A stretch of 64,000 nt of DNA from Tubulanus polymorphus (Eukaryota > Animalia > Nemertea): assembly GCF_964204645.1 (NCBI RefSeq), contig NC_134032.1, positions 15,488,275 through 15,552,274 of the forward strand, given 5' to 3'. The notes under the pieces were generated by a model that made no database searches, was not told the DNA's origin, and saw nothing but the letters and a program-made list of their open reading frames with translations. The stretch's first letter is position 1, and each line of letters opens with the position of its first letter. Positions 9,097 through 22,375 of this stretch are shown piece by piece. A program made the position numbers and the translations under genes.

Positions 9097-9570
9097 TAAT
9101 GTCTATTTCAACCTGACTTGAGAGCACATCAGGTGGCCTAGCTCGCTCATTTTTGGTATAGTACATACCTGATAAAGGTCTTATTAGGACCAGAAAAGAC
9201 GGGCAGTCAACCTAAATCATCATTTTTTAATCCATTTGAAACTGTATTGAAGGATATCCAAAAAGTCTTCATTGAAAGGGGTTAATTGAAGTGAAGTGAC
9301 TCCATGATTTGAAAGTTTAACAATATGTCTCCATGCCTACCAACTGAAATTTGATACGTTGGCATGGAGTTACTTCTCTTCATTTAACCCCTCTCAATGA
9401 AGACTTTTTGGATATCCTTCAATACAGTTTCAAATGGATTAAAAAATGATGATTTAGGTCGACTGCCAGTCCTTTCTGGTCCTAATAAGACTTCTATCAG
9501 GTATGTACTACCAAAACTGACTGAGCTAAGCCACCAGGAATGCTCTCAAGTCAGGTTGAAATAGACATTA
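9097..9570. mobile_element. Foldback element with ~210-bp inverted arms
   Basis: Left arm taatgtctatttcaacctgacttgagagca... matches the reverse complement of ...tgctctcaagtcaggttgaaatagacatta; TA at both ends. Confidence 0.88.
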
Positions 9571-10172
9571 GTTGTAAAACAAAGAACAGGTTGCGTTATA
9601 GCACCTTATCCTTCAATATGATTACAACTACAGCGTCTAACGGCGAACACTTAACAGACTATAAAACTGTTGTCTTGCCATCGAAATTACGATTGTTTAT
9701 GATAAAGCACCTAGTTTCAGGCCACTATAACCCCTTCGCATGTACCGACACCGACAGCGTTTGGGGTGAATTTGTACTGATTAAAATAGAAAATATGCAG
9801 CTCCTCACAAGTCTCTATAACAATCATCTACAGGGTGGCGTCACTGACCTGGAAAACTCAGGGATTCAGAAAAATCTAGTAAAAAAGTCATGGAAAACCT
9901 GGAAAACTCAGGGATTCAGAAAAATCTAGGAAAAAAATCACGGAAATCTCGGGTAATAATGCTTATTGACCGCGTGTTTCTTTATCATTACGTGATTCGA
10001 TGAAAAATGAATGAATTGTTAGATTTTGATTGACATTTCTCTGATTCACTCACGGGGAATTTTTGCGTAATCACAAAGAAAAATCAGGGGGAGAACTCGA
10101 GGAATTTGGAAATAGACGTAAAGTGTATTTCAGCGTATAGCCTCATTGCCTGGTTTGAGGTTTTATTTCCAG

Positions 10173-10310
10173 GGGCCAGTTTCACAGTCGTGACTTAAGT
10201 CAAAAAGTGGTCTTAAATCTTAAGACTGGTCTTAAGTTGTTAGATTGGCTATAGAACTAAGTTGGTCTTAGCCTGGTCTTAAGTCTAAGCCATGACTATG
10301 GACCCGGCCC
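10173..10310. mobile_element. 138-bp MITE family B, Harbinger-like; further copies at 35264-35401 and ~59293-59425
   Basis: TIRs begin GGGCCAGTT/GGGTCGGTT; flanks CAG/CTG and CTG/CTG; the two intact copies have identical length. Confidence 0.8.
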
Positions 10311-11996
10311 CTGAGTATAAGGGTAAGGTCAAGTTCTGGTCATATTTCTATAAGACCAGCTTCAAAGTAATTTGAACAATTCCGACTTTTTCATTCGTTT
10401 TGAAATCTAGGCCAGATCTAGAAATATTCTCAGCGATCCTCTCTTACCAGCTGATATTTGCCCTTCTCACAAAGATGCACTCTGGTGATATTTCAGCTGA
10501 AATCTAATCATTTCAAACCTATTTTTCCAAACAGCGAACGTCAAGAATGACTCCATTGTTTGGCGATGCTGTCTTACCACCGACCGAGTGATGGAGTTGC
10601 CCTTTTTCCTTTTCGTGTCCTTGAAATTGAAATATTAGGTTATTTTTAGCGGAAATTGAATCGTTTTTAAACCATTTTTTGCGAAGTTTTCCAGCAGTGC
10701 AGAGAATACGTTAGGCTAAAAAATTGATTAGTTGTTTTTCTTTTCTGCTGAGTTTAAAAGTCAACGCGGCCGGCCTCCTACCTAGCCTCTGTACATTACT
10801 TTTTAAAAATAATGATCAGACTAATAATAACTACAGACCCAGCAGTTAAAGAAATGAACTGATTACTAATTTCATCGTAGTTTACAACACGACCCCCGGC
10901 CGATTAGGAGAACTAAGGTATCATAGTTTTTTTTGGGGGGGGGTACTTCACTGACCCTTTCTTTTCTGACCACCTTATCAGACCACCTGCAAGTTTTCAT
11001 GGTCTTTACGAAAACATCATTCAAATGCAAAGTGCAAATCTTCAATATTCTCAACACCTCCGATAAGACCTCATCACATGGCGCCCAATAATCGACATTT
11101 GGTACATTTTTTTTTAAATAATTGTACACACATCCATTCGATTTAAAACATCAAACCCTCCATTTTGTTCCGGGTAGGTGTGACTGCCGGTTGGTAACGG
11201 ATACCAAATCAAAACGAATTGGCCACCTAGTTTTTTTCAACCTAAAAATAGGCATAGAAATGATATGATACGAAATGTGTGGGAGACACATTAAATATTA
11301 GATAGTTCATGTACTACCGCTATCTAAACAGAAACTTCTATAAATTCTGGCGATCACGCAACTATAACTGTTCTTCGATTTCCGATTTCAAAATCGAACC
11401 CCTGGTTTCGCTCCTCGCTCGTTAGTTCCTTAATTCAAATGAAAATGGAATAGGCAACCTAATATTTCAACGTCGAAATAGGCAAAAAAATGTCTCATGT
11501 TGGACATGAAAACGATAGATACAACACGATATGAAATAGATAAAAGTGGCAATCATGATGATGAAAAATAACTTTGCCATTAATAGTTGAAGACTGCGAT
11601 TGCTATGGAATCCCGTAATGCCACTCAGTGCATTGTGTATAGCTATATTCAATAAGAAAAGTTCAAAAGGTTTGAGTATCATTTGTTTAAAAAGAGATTC
11701 ACCGATTGGCAAAGAAGCAAAACATCAGTTGGCAAAAAGCGATTGTTTGTATAAATACACAACTATGACGCAGGATTGTTTGAAATTTATGACTAAAAGC
11801 TGCTGATTATAAGTTATGAAGAGCTGGTGAGAAAAAAACAATAATACAATACAAACCGAACTAAACAGCTGTGAAACAGATCAATCTTCTATGTTTTCTT
11901 GCTGTGTTTTCATATGATTACTGGTTATGTTTAGGTTCGTCCAAAATGGAAGGATGCCATTAGGTTTTTTTGTCAGCAGACTCTTAGGTCACGGGG

Positions 11997-12576
11997 TTTG
12001 GTTCATTTACTCGATTGATAAAGAACTTTAATTACTGATTTGGTTCATTTACCCAATTAAAAAGAACTTTAATTACTGATTTTGTTCATTTACCCAATTA
12101 AAAAGAACTTTAATTACTGATTTGGTTCATTTACCCAATTAAAAAGAACTTTAATTACTGATTTGGTTCATTTACCCAATTAAAAAGAACTTTAATTACT
12201 GATTTGGTTCATTTACCCAATTAAAAAGAACTTTAATTACTGATTTGGTTCATTTACCCAATTAAAAAGAACTTTAATTACTGATTTTGTTCATTTACCC
12301 AATTAAAAAGAACTTTAATTACTGATTTGGTTCATTTACCCAATTAAAAAGAACTTTAATTACTGATTTGGTTCATTTACCCAATTAAAAAGAACTTTAA
12401 TTACTGATTTTGTTCATTTACCCAATTAAAAAGAACTTTAATTACTGATTTTGTTCATTTACCCAATTAAAAAGAACTTTAATTACTGATTTTGTTCATT
12501 TACCCAATTAAAAAGAACTTTAATTACTGATTTGGTTCATTTACCCGATTAAAAAGAATTTTAATTACTGATTTGG
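11997..12576 (+). repeat. 41-bp tandem array (~14 copies)
   Basis: Unit gttcatttacccaattaaaaagaactttaattactgattt(g/t), highly homogeneous. Confidence 0.95.
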
Positions 12577-14011
12577 CAAAGCTTATTATGATGAAAATAT
12601 TATTGTCCAAAAATTGGTTAAAGTTAACCAGTGGATATATGTGATATAGTGACAAATGGTTTGATTGCTGAAATCTTCATACTTTCAAGGAGGGCGAAAC
12701 AATTCAAATTAAACCTTTTTTTTTAAGCTTGAACTATTTCATGAATTTGGACCCAGAGTTATGAGGGTTTGCGAAAAGTTAAACTAAAATCTTTTGGTGT
12801 AAATGCTATTGGTTACTTCATGTTTTTTCAGACTTTTTTGTAAAACTGGGCTTCCGTTTTTAAGTCGCTCTGGCTTGAATTTAAAACTGCCTGTAAAGAT
12901 TCCTGCCTACGTGAAGTGGTGGATTTTTGGGGGCCTCACTTTTTACCAAGATAACATTTTATTATGGCTGTTGTTTTTTAGAATCACTGTCGATGTTCAG
13001 AAAAATAATCAACTATAGACCTAAGCAGGTTTTTGGACACGACCCCGATCCGCCCCTGTAGGTGTTAAACGCGTCTCGAAACTGTGTCGGAAAAGTTTTT
13101 GTCTTAAAACCGGGCCATCCATTCATCAAAGCTTTCATTATATCCTCATAGTCTCTTCTCACTTACTGACGATTAATGGATGGCCTCGAAAAAAGATATA
13201 TAATGTTTTGCACAACTGCCAGATCTCTTAATGATCAATGGGATTGTTCTCTGTAGAGGCCATACTTTTTTTTTGTCGAGAAACGAGTTCTTGTAAATGG
13301 TCGTATCGTATTTTGGTTGAGTTTTGTTGCTGTTAATTAATAATTAAAGATTTATCAAACGGTTAATTACGATATGACAATGATAAATTACTTAAGGCGT
13401 TTTATTTTATTTTCGAAAAATTTCTTTGCCTGTTCTTGCCAGTAACCTGTGTTTAAATCGCAAAACACCGTGTAACCCCCTCCCCCACACTCCCCCTCCC
13501 CACACTCCCCTCCCCACACTCCCCTCCCTACCTCCTACAAGTAGTAAATAGACATAAGATTTAAACAAGTGTTCCCTGTACACACAATTCCTCTGTTATA
13601 GTTTTTTAACACGGATGATAAAACTTTGATTTAAATGAAAGGACTTTGTTCATCGCTATGTTCGACTTATCAGTAATTACGGTGTACTTACCCTTATCCC
13701 TCACCGCGTACCTCCCGACCGGTATTAAACGTCAGACGCTGATGAATCTAAACGCTCCGATTTCCGCATCAAGTTCTGACTTTTAAAGCCGGTTTTACGG
13801 TTTTTTCAGTTGCTGAATCGCGTTCTCTTCCCCTCTTCCCGTGAGAGAATGAAACTACACCGTGCAGTCAATCATAAACTGCCCTTAACTTTCAAAAGTT
13901 TCCTAGATGAGTTTTAATGAAATTTGTTTATAAAAAGGCATCGCCGACTATCAAATCAAGTTGTTATTCTATAAATCAACTGTTATTAAGCTAAAAAAAT
14001 TGATACCTTGT

Positions 14012-14345
<334 letters not shown>

Positions 14346-14397
14346 TCTATGACCCGTTGTATCATTAACCAGTATTGTGTCTCTGTATATATTTCAG

Positions 14398-14599
14398 GTC
14401 GACCGGTCTGTTTGTGTTCCTCTATTCATTATTCTACTATTTCAAGCGATCGAACATGTCCGGGTTTCTGCAGACGGTCGAGTTTTTCGGCTATACCGCG
14501 CTGGTGTGTTACGTATTCTTTCTCATGTTGGGGACCGTTTCATTCTTCGCGTCGTTGAAATTCGTGCGTTACATCTACGTCAACATCAAGATGGACTGA
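14398..14599 (+). CDS. TM9SF1: TM9SF1 last coding exon ([11 protein letters not shown]...[10 protein letters not shown])
   Basis: tttcag acceptor joins GG|G in frame with the exon ending at 3403; terminal KxD motif typical of TM9SF proteins; TGA ends at 14599. Confidence 0.96.
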
Positions 14600-14835
14600 G
14601 TCGCCCGGCAACTCGATAATATCATTGTTGTCGACATCGTCGCGGCGACGCGGAAAAACGGCGAATATTTCGAAAAGACGTATTAAAGGTGATGATATAA
14701 AATCGGTGTTGCACGGTTACGTGGAAAATGTCGTTCTTGTCATTGTTGTCGGATCACTAAACAAACTATAAAAACTACCGGCCGTTTCAAAAAAAAGATG
14801 GCCGTCACTGCCTCTACATATCGAAATACGCTGTG

Positions 14836-14990
14836 AGATATGATGTCATAGGTGGATGTTACAATGGTGACCACCAGTGGGATATGATGTCATAGGTGGA
14901 TGTTACAATGGTGACCACCAGTGGGATATGATGTCATAGGTGGATTTTACAATGGTGACCACGTGTAGAATACAATGTCATAGGTGGCCA
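14836..14990 (+). repeat. 44-bp tandem repeat in the TM9SF1 3' UTR
   Basis: gatatgatgtcataggtggatgttacaatggtgaccaccagtgg, about 3 copies plus degenerate ones. Confidence 0.85.
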
Positions 14991-15341
14991 TCATGTTTAC
15001 GATGGCCGCCATCAATGAGATGTTACGTCATAGTTAAATTTTACAAAGGTGGCCATTTTGTTTTGAGCATCTATATATATATATATTCATGAGTTTATAG
15101 ATACAGTGTATCCTGAACATGGATGTATCAAGGAGAGGTTACTAGATATCTTAGTTGATACGTCCACGATCAGAATGAGGTGATCATACCCGATTTATCT
15201 TTCCTTTTCTCGTAAATGTGAATTGTTGTGACAACAGTTGATACTGACCGAGTTGTCACGTGCGTAATGATCAATGTTTCAATATATAGAATTTTATTGT
15301 AGAAATGATGAACAAGTTTCTGTTGGATAAAAGAAAAATGG

Positions 15342-15660
15342 TGATAATTATGACGAAAAACTAAGAGAGTATTTGATGTTTAAACTCAATTCTATGAGAT
15401 ATTTTCAGAAACTAAGAGAGTATTGACGTTTAGACTCGATTCTATGAGACATTTTCAGAAACTAAGAGAGTAGTGACGTTTAGACTCAATTCTATGAGAC
15501 ATTTTCAGAAAGTAAGAGAGTAGTGACGTTTAGACTCAATTCTATGAGACATTTTCAGAAACTAAGAGAGTAGTGACGTTTAGACTCAATTCTATGAGAC
15601 ATTTGTAAAATGGCTCATAGAATTGAGTTTATGTCTCTTGGTCTCTCTTCATAATTATCG
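15342..15660. repeat. Inverted-repeat element with its left arm amplified as 5 x 50 bp
   Basis: Unit actaagagagtagtgacgtttagactcaattctatgagacattttcagaa, followed by inverted ctcatagaattgagt...tcataattatc; solo unit near 51783-51832. Confidence 0.8.
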
Positions 15661-16133
15661 GTTTTTTTAATTCAATAGTTTTGTCTATTTTAATGTTTAA
15701 TGTGCAGCTTAAACACAATTTGTGGTTGCATTCTTTGAATTCTAATTCCTTAACCCCATTTCACGCGATGCAGGGAAACAGGGAAACCAGGATTAAAACA
15801 TGTTTAATCTCAGAAACGTTGTTTCCTGAAACCATGTTTCTCATTTCTCGGGAAACGCACAGGACATGGGGAAACGCTCATAAACATGTTTCTGTTTCCA
15901 TTTTCAGTGTTTGAGGCCTATAGATAGTTCACATTGTATAAGTATGAAATGTTGTGGGTTGTCACTCGCTGGAGCCTGCTAACATATTGTATACTGGAAT
16001 GGTATTGGGGGGAGATGGTATGCAGGGAGGGGGATGCTTATTGGGGGGTGGGTTTATTGATTACTTCTCAAACTTAGTTATATATGGTATGTACTTTATA
16101 GTTTAGTGTATGATATTCATATAAAGTTAGGTA

Positions 16134-16776
16134 CAGTAGACTCCGCTTGAATCAGATCTTTTTGGCACTTCAGAAAATATTTGTTTAAACATAAACAGTT
16201 ATCTCTTAGTTAAAACAGATTACTTTTGATTAAACAGTTATCTCTGAGTTAAACAGTTATCTCTGATTTAAACAATTATCTCTGATTTAAACAATTATCC
16301 TTGATTTAAACAATTATCACTGATTTAAACAATTATCTCTGATTTAAACAATTATCTCTGATTTAAACAATTATCCATGATTTAAACAATTATCCTTGAT
16401 TTAAACAATTATCACTGATTTAAACAATTATCTGTGATTTAAACAATTATCTCTGATTTAAACAATTATCCATGATTTAAACAATTATCACTGATTTAAA
16501 CAATTATCTCTGATTTAAAACATTACCCTTGATTTAAACAGTTATCTCTGAGTTAAACAGTTATCTCTGAGTTAAACAGTTATCTCTGATTTAAACAATT
16601 ATCCTTGATTTAAACAATTATCTCTGATTTAAACAATTATCTTTGAGTTAAACAGTTATCTCTGATTTAAACAATATTATCCTTGATTTAAACAATTATC
16701 TTTGAGTTAAACAATTATCTCTGATTTAAACAGTTATCTCCCAATTAAACGGATCTGACTTGATCGCAGTCTACTG
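16134..16776. mobile_element. Tc1/mariner-like MITE filled with a 19-bp internal array
   Basis: TA|CAGTAGACT...AGTCTACTG|TA with ~25-bp imperfect TIRs; inside, ttatctctgatttaaacaa repeated roughly 28-29 times. Confidence 0.85.
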
Positions 16777-17612
16777 TACGATAAATTATTTATTTTTTTC
16801 CTGTTTTACTATGGATCAATGATTTGACTCTTAATCTTACTCAAGGCTTAACATTTCGTTATCTAATATTTGTGTGTGTTTGTGTAAATCTTTTTCTCGT
16901 TTCAAAACGTGTAAGTTATGAGTCAGATGTGGTCAACTATTATATCATTTACAGAACGCGCTCGGTCAAAAGTTGATTACAGTCAAATCGATCGAATAGA
17001 TACCGTAGTAACTATGCAGTTTAAATTATCGCTATGATTCGCTTCTATCAGCTACCGACCGATTGGATCCGAGACCTCGCAATGATTTTATGTGTCGTAA
17101 ATTAGAAAGATTATGTTGAAAAACGTATTTTGTCTGTAGAACAATCTCTAACTGGAAATTGCTATATAAATTTGTACCTAGTTCAACGACTGTTGAGTTG
17201 AGATTTGACTCCATAGAAATTAAACTACAACAATTAAAACTAATCAACTGATTTGATTCTTGTAGTCCTTGAGTCGTTTCCACGGTTTTTAGTTATAATT
17301 GACTCTGGAGTCAAACTCACTTCGTCATAACATTGCTGAAGTCATCTCTATTTTTAAGTCCCGATTTGTAATTTGTGAAGTCATCATTTAGATGGGTCGT
17401 CACAATACTGAATACTTGTGCACGCTACTGTAGTTGACTTACGAGACATCGGTTTTAAGATTTGATACATAAGTCTCGAGACAATGGATCTGTACAGCTG
17501 AATAATGGATGGCGTCAAATTCAAGTGACGTTTGTTCGTGTTGAATTTCTTTGTATCTGTGAAAACTTGTACAATACTATTATTATATATAAAACGTAAA
17601 AATGTTATTGAA

Positions 17613-17618
17613 AATAAA
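17613..17618 (+). terminator. Candidate TM9SF1 polyadenylation signal (implies ~3-kb 3' UTR)
   Basis: AATAAA followed by T-rich sequence, just before the intergenic array; not verified by transcript data. Confidence 0.45.
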
Positions 17619-17661
17619 CGAACTTTTTCAGTATAGAAAAGTTTTTATTCCTTCACAGCGA

Positions 17662-18190
17662 GGGGTGTCCTGATTCTGAGTGGTCCTGATGGCTGCTTAA
17701 TAGAGGAGGATGTCCCAGGTTCGAATCCAGTAATTACTGATACTGATTCAGTGTGATGCTGATGCTGAATAGAGGATGTACAGGCGTGTCCCGGGTTCAA
17801 ACCCAGTAATTACTGATACTGATTCAGTGTGATGCTGATGCTGATGCTGAATAGAGGATTACAGGGGTGTCCCGGGTTCAAACCTAGTAATTACTGACAC
17901 TTATTCAGAGTAGTCCTGATGCTGAATAGAGGATGTACAGTGGTGTACCGGGTTCGAACCCAGTAATTACTGACACTGATTCAGAGTGGTCCTGATGCTG
18001 AATAGAGGATGTACAGGGGTGTTCCGGGTTCGAACGAAGTAATTACTGATACTGATTCAGAGTGGTCCTGATGCTGAATAGAGGATGTACAGGGGTGTCC
18101 CGGGTTCGAACCCAGTAATTACTGACACTGATTCAGAGTGGTCCTGATGCTGAATAGAGGATGTACAGGGGTGTCCCGGGTACGAACCTG
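17662..18190 (+). repeat. 76-bp tRNA-like tandem array (~7 copies) between the convergent 3' ends
   Basis: Period 76 (17916, 17992, 18068); units carry GGTTCGAACCC or a close variant, plus an A-box-like TTCAGAGTGGT. Confidence 0.88.
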
Positions 18191-18346
18191 TATCATATAC
18201 TCCAAATCTCTGGGTGTTAAGTAAAGCTCGATAAACTCAGCAGTGAGGGACGGACGTGCGCATGCGCAACGCCGATGATTAGACTTCTTGCCAACGAAAA
18301 AAAATATCATCGACTAAAGCGAACGATTTGAGTAATATGGACTTGG

Positions 18347-21300
18347 TTTATTTTTCATTATCTGATACCGGATAATGATGACATTATAATGACGAGTAAT
18401 TTTTACAAGTTACATTTAATATATAATAATAATATTAATAATATTAATAATAATATAACAGTTTAGGACAATTACATACGACGACGTCACTAGAACAGTG
18501 TCGTCAAAGAACGATGACGTCATGACTTATTGTTTGTTTTTGAGCATATGATATTATAATCATAGTAATGATAGTATAATCATAATCGATAATGAATTAT
18601 AATTATAATTATAATGAAGTTGAATGATTTAAGGACGAAGATGCTGACACTGTATTTGATAAACGTGTATGAATTGATTTCCACAGTGTTGTGGATCCAG
18701 TTCCACAGTTCTGAATCAACAGTTCTCGACTAAGTTCTACAAACGATAACTGGGGAACTGGATCCCGAATTGTGGAACGGAACCGAGTTACAAATAGCAG
18801 TAGTCAATACATACAGATGACGTAATATTGGCCGTCAACTGAATTAAAAAAGTCACAATTGATGGTCAATACGCGTATGTAGCGTCCTCCATACTGCTGA
18901 GACGTAACATCGAAACATACACAAGATCAGATGACGTAGTACGCAAATTTCCGTGACGTTTCGTTGACGTACCACGTAGTTTGGTAAAAAATATCTCAAA
19001 TACTTTTAATAAATAAACAATGATACTATGAAATAGTAATAATAACCATAATGATAATTTAATATATCGTTGTTTATCATCAAATTATTATCATGATGAT
19101 TATTATAATTAACTGAGTGGATGACCCGATGATTAATCTATATAAATAATCAATAATAAAAGGGTACGATATATTATTCATTATGTTGGTTTATCATATA
19201 ATATATAATATATCAATAAATATATTAATAGCAAGTAATTATAACGACATGGAATTAATAGTAATTTCATATAATTAAATATAGAGAACCAGGACCCAGT
19301 TACTCAACCCATAGATCATTTCTGAAAAGCGAATTTAAAATCAAAACTGAGCTAGTTAAGCTCGTGCTTAAGTTCCTAACGTTATTAGATGGAAGAAGTT
19401 AAGTTCGAGCTTGGATTACACGGTTAAGATTGTGTAACTGGGTCCGCATGGTGGTTTCTTGACGACTAGCGTGACTACGACTACTGTAGCGCCCCCTGCT
19501 GGCCTTCCTTAACACCAAGCTCGCAGCAGTGATGGCCTTGGCGACCGTATCTTGCGCACGGTGAAGGTCAAACCAGAAGGGTAGTGCGTAATGAAAATAA
19601 CATACATGTAACATGCAAAACAGCTATCATTGCAGTTTCTATTTTCCTTGCAAGGCAATTGGTGACTTAGATGATGAGTTTGCTAAATCCCTAAATACTA
19701 TGCTCCCTTTCAATTCCCCTCACAACCACCCTCCCCCGCCCTCCCCTCGAGAGAATTACAATATAAAGTACATATACAACATAAACGAGCATTATCACAA
19801 AAATTTCACGTTAAGATAAATTCCTAGAATGAATTTTCAATGTTTTTAAAACCAATCTGAAAAAATTGACAATAAATAAAAACGTTTTAGCTTTTTTCAC
19901 TTGACAAAATGCCCATCGAATATGTCATTAAAATTCATATTTCTTCTTTAAGACTTAATCTTAAAATCCCCGAAGATTCTTTTTTCACAATCGGTTAAAA
20001 GGTATCGAATACGCGGTAGCGTGGACTGCTGATGCTGTAAAGCTTAAAGCTGATCCGACGATCTGTCCATATTTTATGACTAAATTTCTACTGTTATTTT
20101 CTAAAATTGTCTCATTTTTGAACTTTTACGTTACTACTATTTTTTGGTTAGCACATATCTTAACATAAATTAAACATTTAAATATTTGTCGACATATATA
20201 AGGAGTCTGACAAATAATGTACAGAATCGCGGCGCTCGGGCCAGTGTTGCATAGAGTAAAACAGACGTCAACGACGAGAGGTCAAGGTCATGGAGGGGTT
20301 ATTTCGACCTGGTCATGTGACCAAGGTTAGGGTACGAGGGTTCATCGCACTCATAAATCAAGGCACTCGCTTGCCACGGCAAGTCTTAGCTTGTTTTCAT
20401 TCCAACAACAGGTATTAATCCCATTATAAAATTCACAACTACCCGAGTGACCCCTAGCGATGAACCCACGCATCCTGAATACAAACGCCCTCTACCGGAC
20501 TGTATTGCATAATCATCCCATTTCTATGCAAATACTATATCCCCTATTGCGTATGAATCTGAAGTGCTTATTTAGAAAAAAAAATTTTTTGATGTTCATG
20601 AATCACTTTTAAATAATAACATATTTTACTTGGTTCTATATACAACGAAATTCAATTATACTATTATTATGATGATTGATTATAATTATAATTATAATGA
20701 TTTGAATAAATAAATAAATAAATAAATACAATTGATAAAATGAATGACCAGCGTTTTTGTTTTTTTTTTGAAAGGGCTATAATTAAACCCGATATATTAA
20801 AGCTAACTATGTATTATGTTATTATTATACATTTATGATAATCGTAATGAAGATGATAATAACGATGATAATAAAGGATAAAAAGGATAATTTCAAATCT
20901 TCATTTTAATCTATTGCTTTGTTTTTCATTTGGAAAACTGATTGGACTGGTTCCGGATAGGCCGGGCGCCAGTCAACGTGATGGTAGGACTTCCGGGTAT
21001 CAAATAGTGATTGTCATGGCAACGGTCATGGGGATAAGCAGATTCTATTTTTAGGTTTACAGTTTTGGATTTGAAGAAGTTGCATATGCTTTTTGTCCCG
21101 AGCGTCTCTGCGGGATTCGAACCCAATAGATTGGAGACGCGATTGACCCATATTTCAGGTGCGATCGGGTTCGAATCCCAGAAACGAGGGAGATTTTTTT
21201 TCTATCGAGAAAAGGCACTCGATTCGGAAATAAGCAGAATGGCGTACGTATACGAGCATGCGCACCGGCCGATACAGTTTCTCGGCTTCAAAAATTATGC

Positions 21301-21926
21301 ATAGGTAAAAATAACAAATCTATTCATTTTTCTAAAAAATAAGATAGATTCAGCTTGGACCCGTCACCGAATTATGCATAGTTAGTTATATCAATTTCTA
21401 AAGAATAAAAGCGCCCCCTACAGCAGCTGGTATTAAGCCTCCGTCGATTCAATTCCTGAAGATAAACCGGTAGATGTACTCACTATCTGGTACCACTCTA
21501 CCCGGCCATTCTTCGCGTAGTAGACTAATTCGCTACAGAAAGAAATCGTTTCGCGCGCGCGTGCCAAGATACAACAACAGTTATGTTATTTATTCTATAA
21601 AGAAAGCTAATTGGGTATTCCCCTTAAATAAGCATTTACTCTACGCGCACACGCACACATATACTCCCTGAACTGATATTGAATGGACGAAATTCATCGA
21701 CTTGCACAGAGGTGATGAGGTAGATACTTCAACCTCCCTAACTCATCCGTCCTCTGATGTTTGCGCTATCTTGCGTGGTGAATAAAAAAAGCTTTGTTGC
21801 CGCGCAAAATGTTACCCCGAAAAGACTTCGCAAAATGGGTACGCCTTAATTTAATCCCTCGGCACTTTCATCACATTCGCGTGGTTAAATACCGGAATAG
21901 TTATAATATTGATTATAATAATAATG

Positions 21927-21983
<57 letters not shown>

Positions 21984-22375
21984 GTGGTAATCATAATACG
22001 TGGGTTTCTTAATTATTAATTAACGATTTGTTGAGTAAACCGTTTTCTTTTCCACAAGATTGTCCCCTCCTCTTTCGAGCACTGTCACAAATTTCATTCA
22101 GACGTCCGTTGAAGGTCAAGGTTACATTACTACGCCTCGACCTTGACTCACAGATCACATGTTCTTCTTCTTCATTTACATAAAATGTAGACGCGCGTGT
22201 ATACATAAATTCCTGATTAATCGATAACCGTCGTCATTGTTACAACACATTCATGAAACAAATCGTTTTTTTCAAAACGGTTACTAATGAAGTTACGTTT
22301 TGTCCATTCGTTTGGTTTCACTCGCAGAAGAACGGAAGGAAACCAAAAAGATGATTCACCATCTACTAATACATT
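18347..22375 (-). other. Probable long 3' UTR of RBM24, candidate AATAAA at 18352-18347
   Basis: U/AU-rich minus strand, largely free of the arrays that fill the introns; the end point is inferred. Confidence 0.5.

Noticed and set aside
21716-21740. TGAGGTAG as a let-7 gene on +
   Set aside because: Sequence after the seed does not match let-7; better read as a target site on minus.
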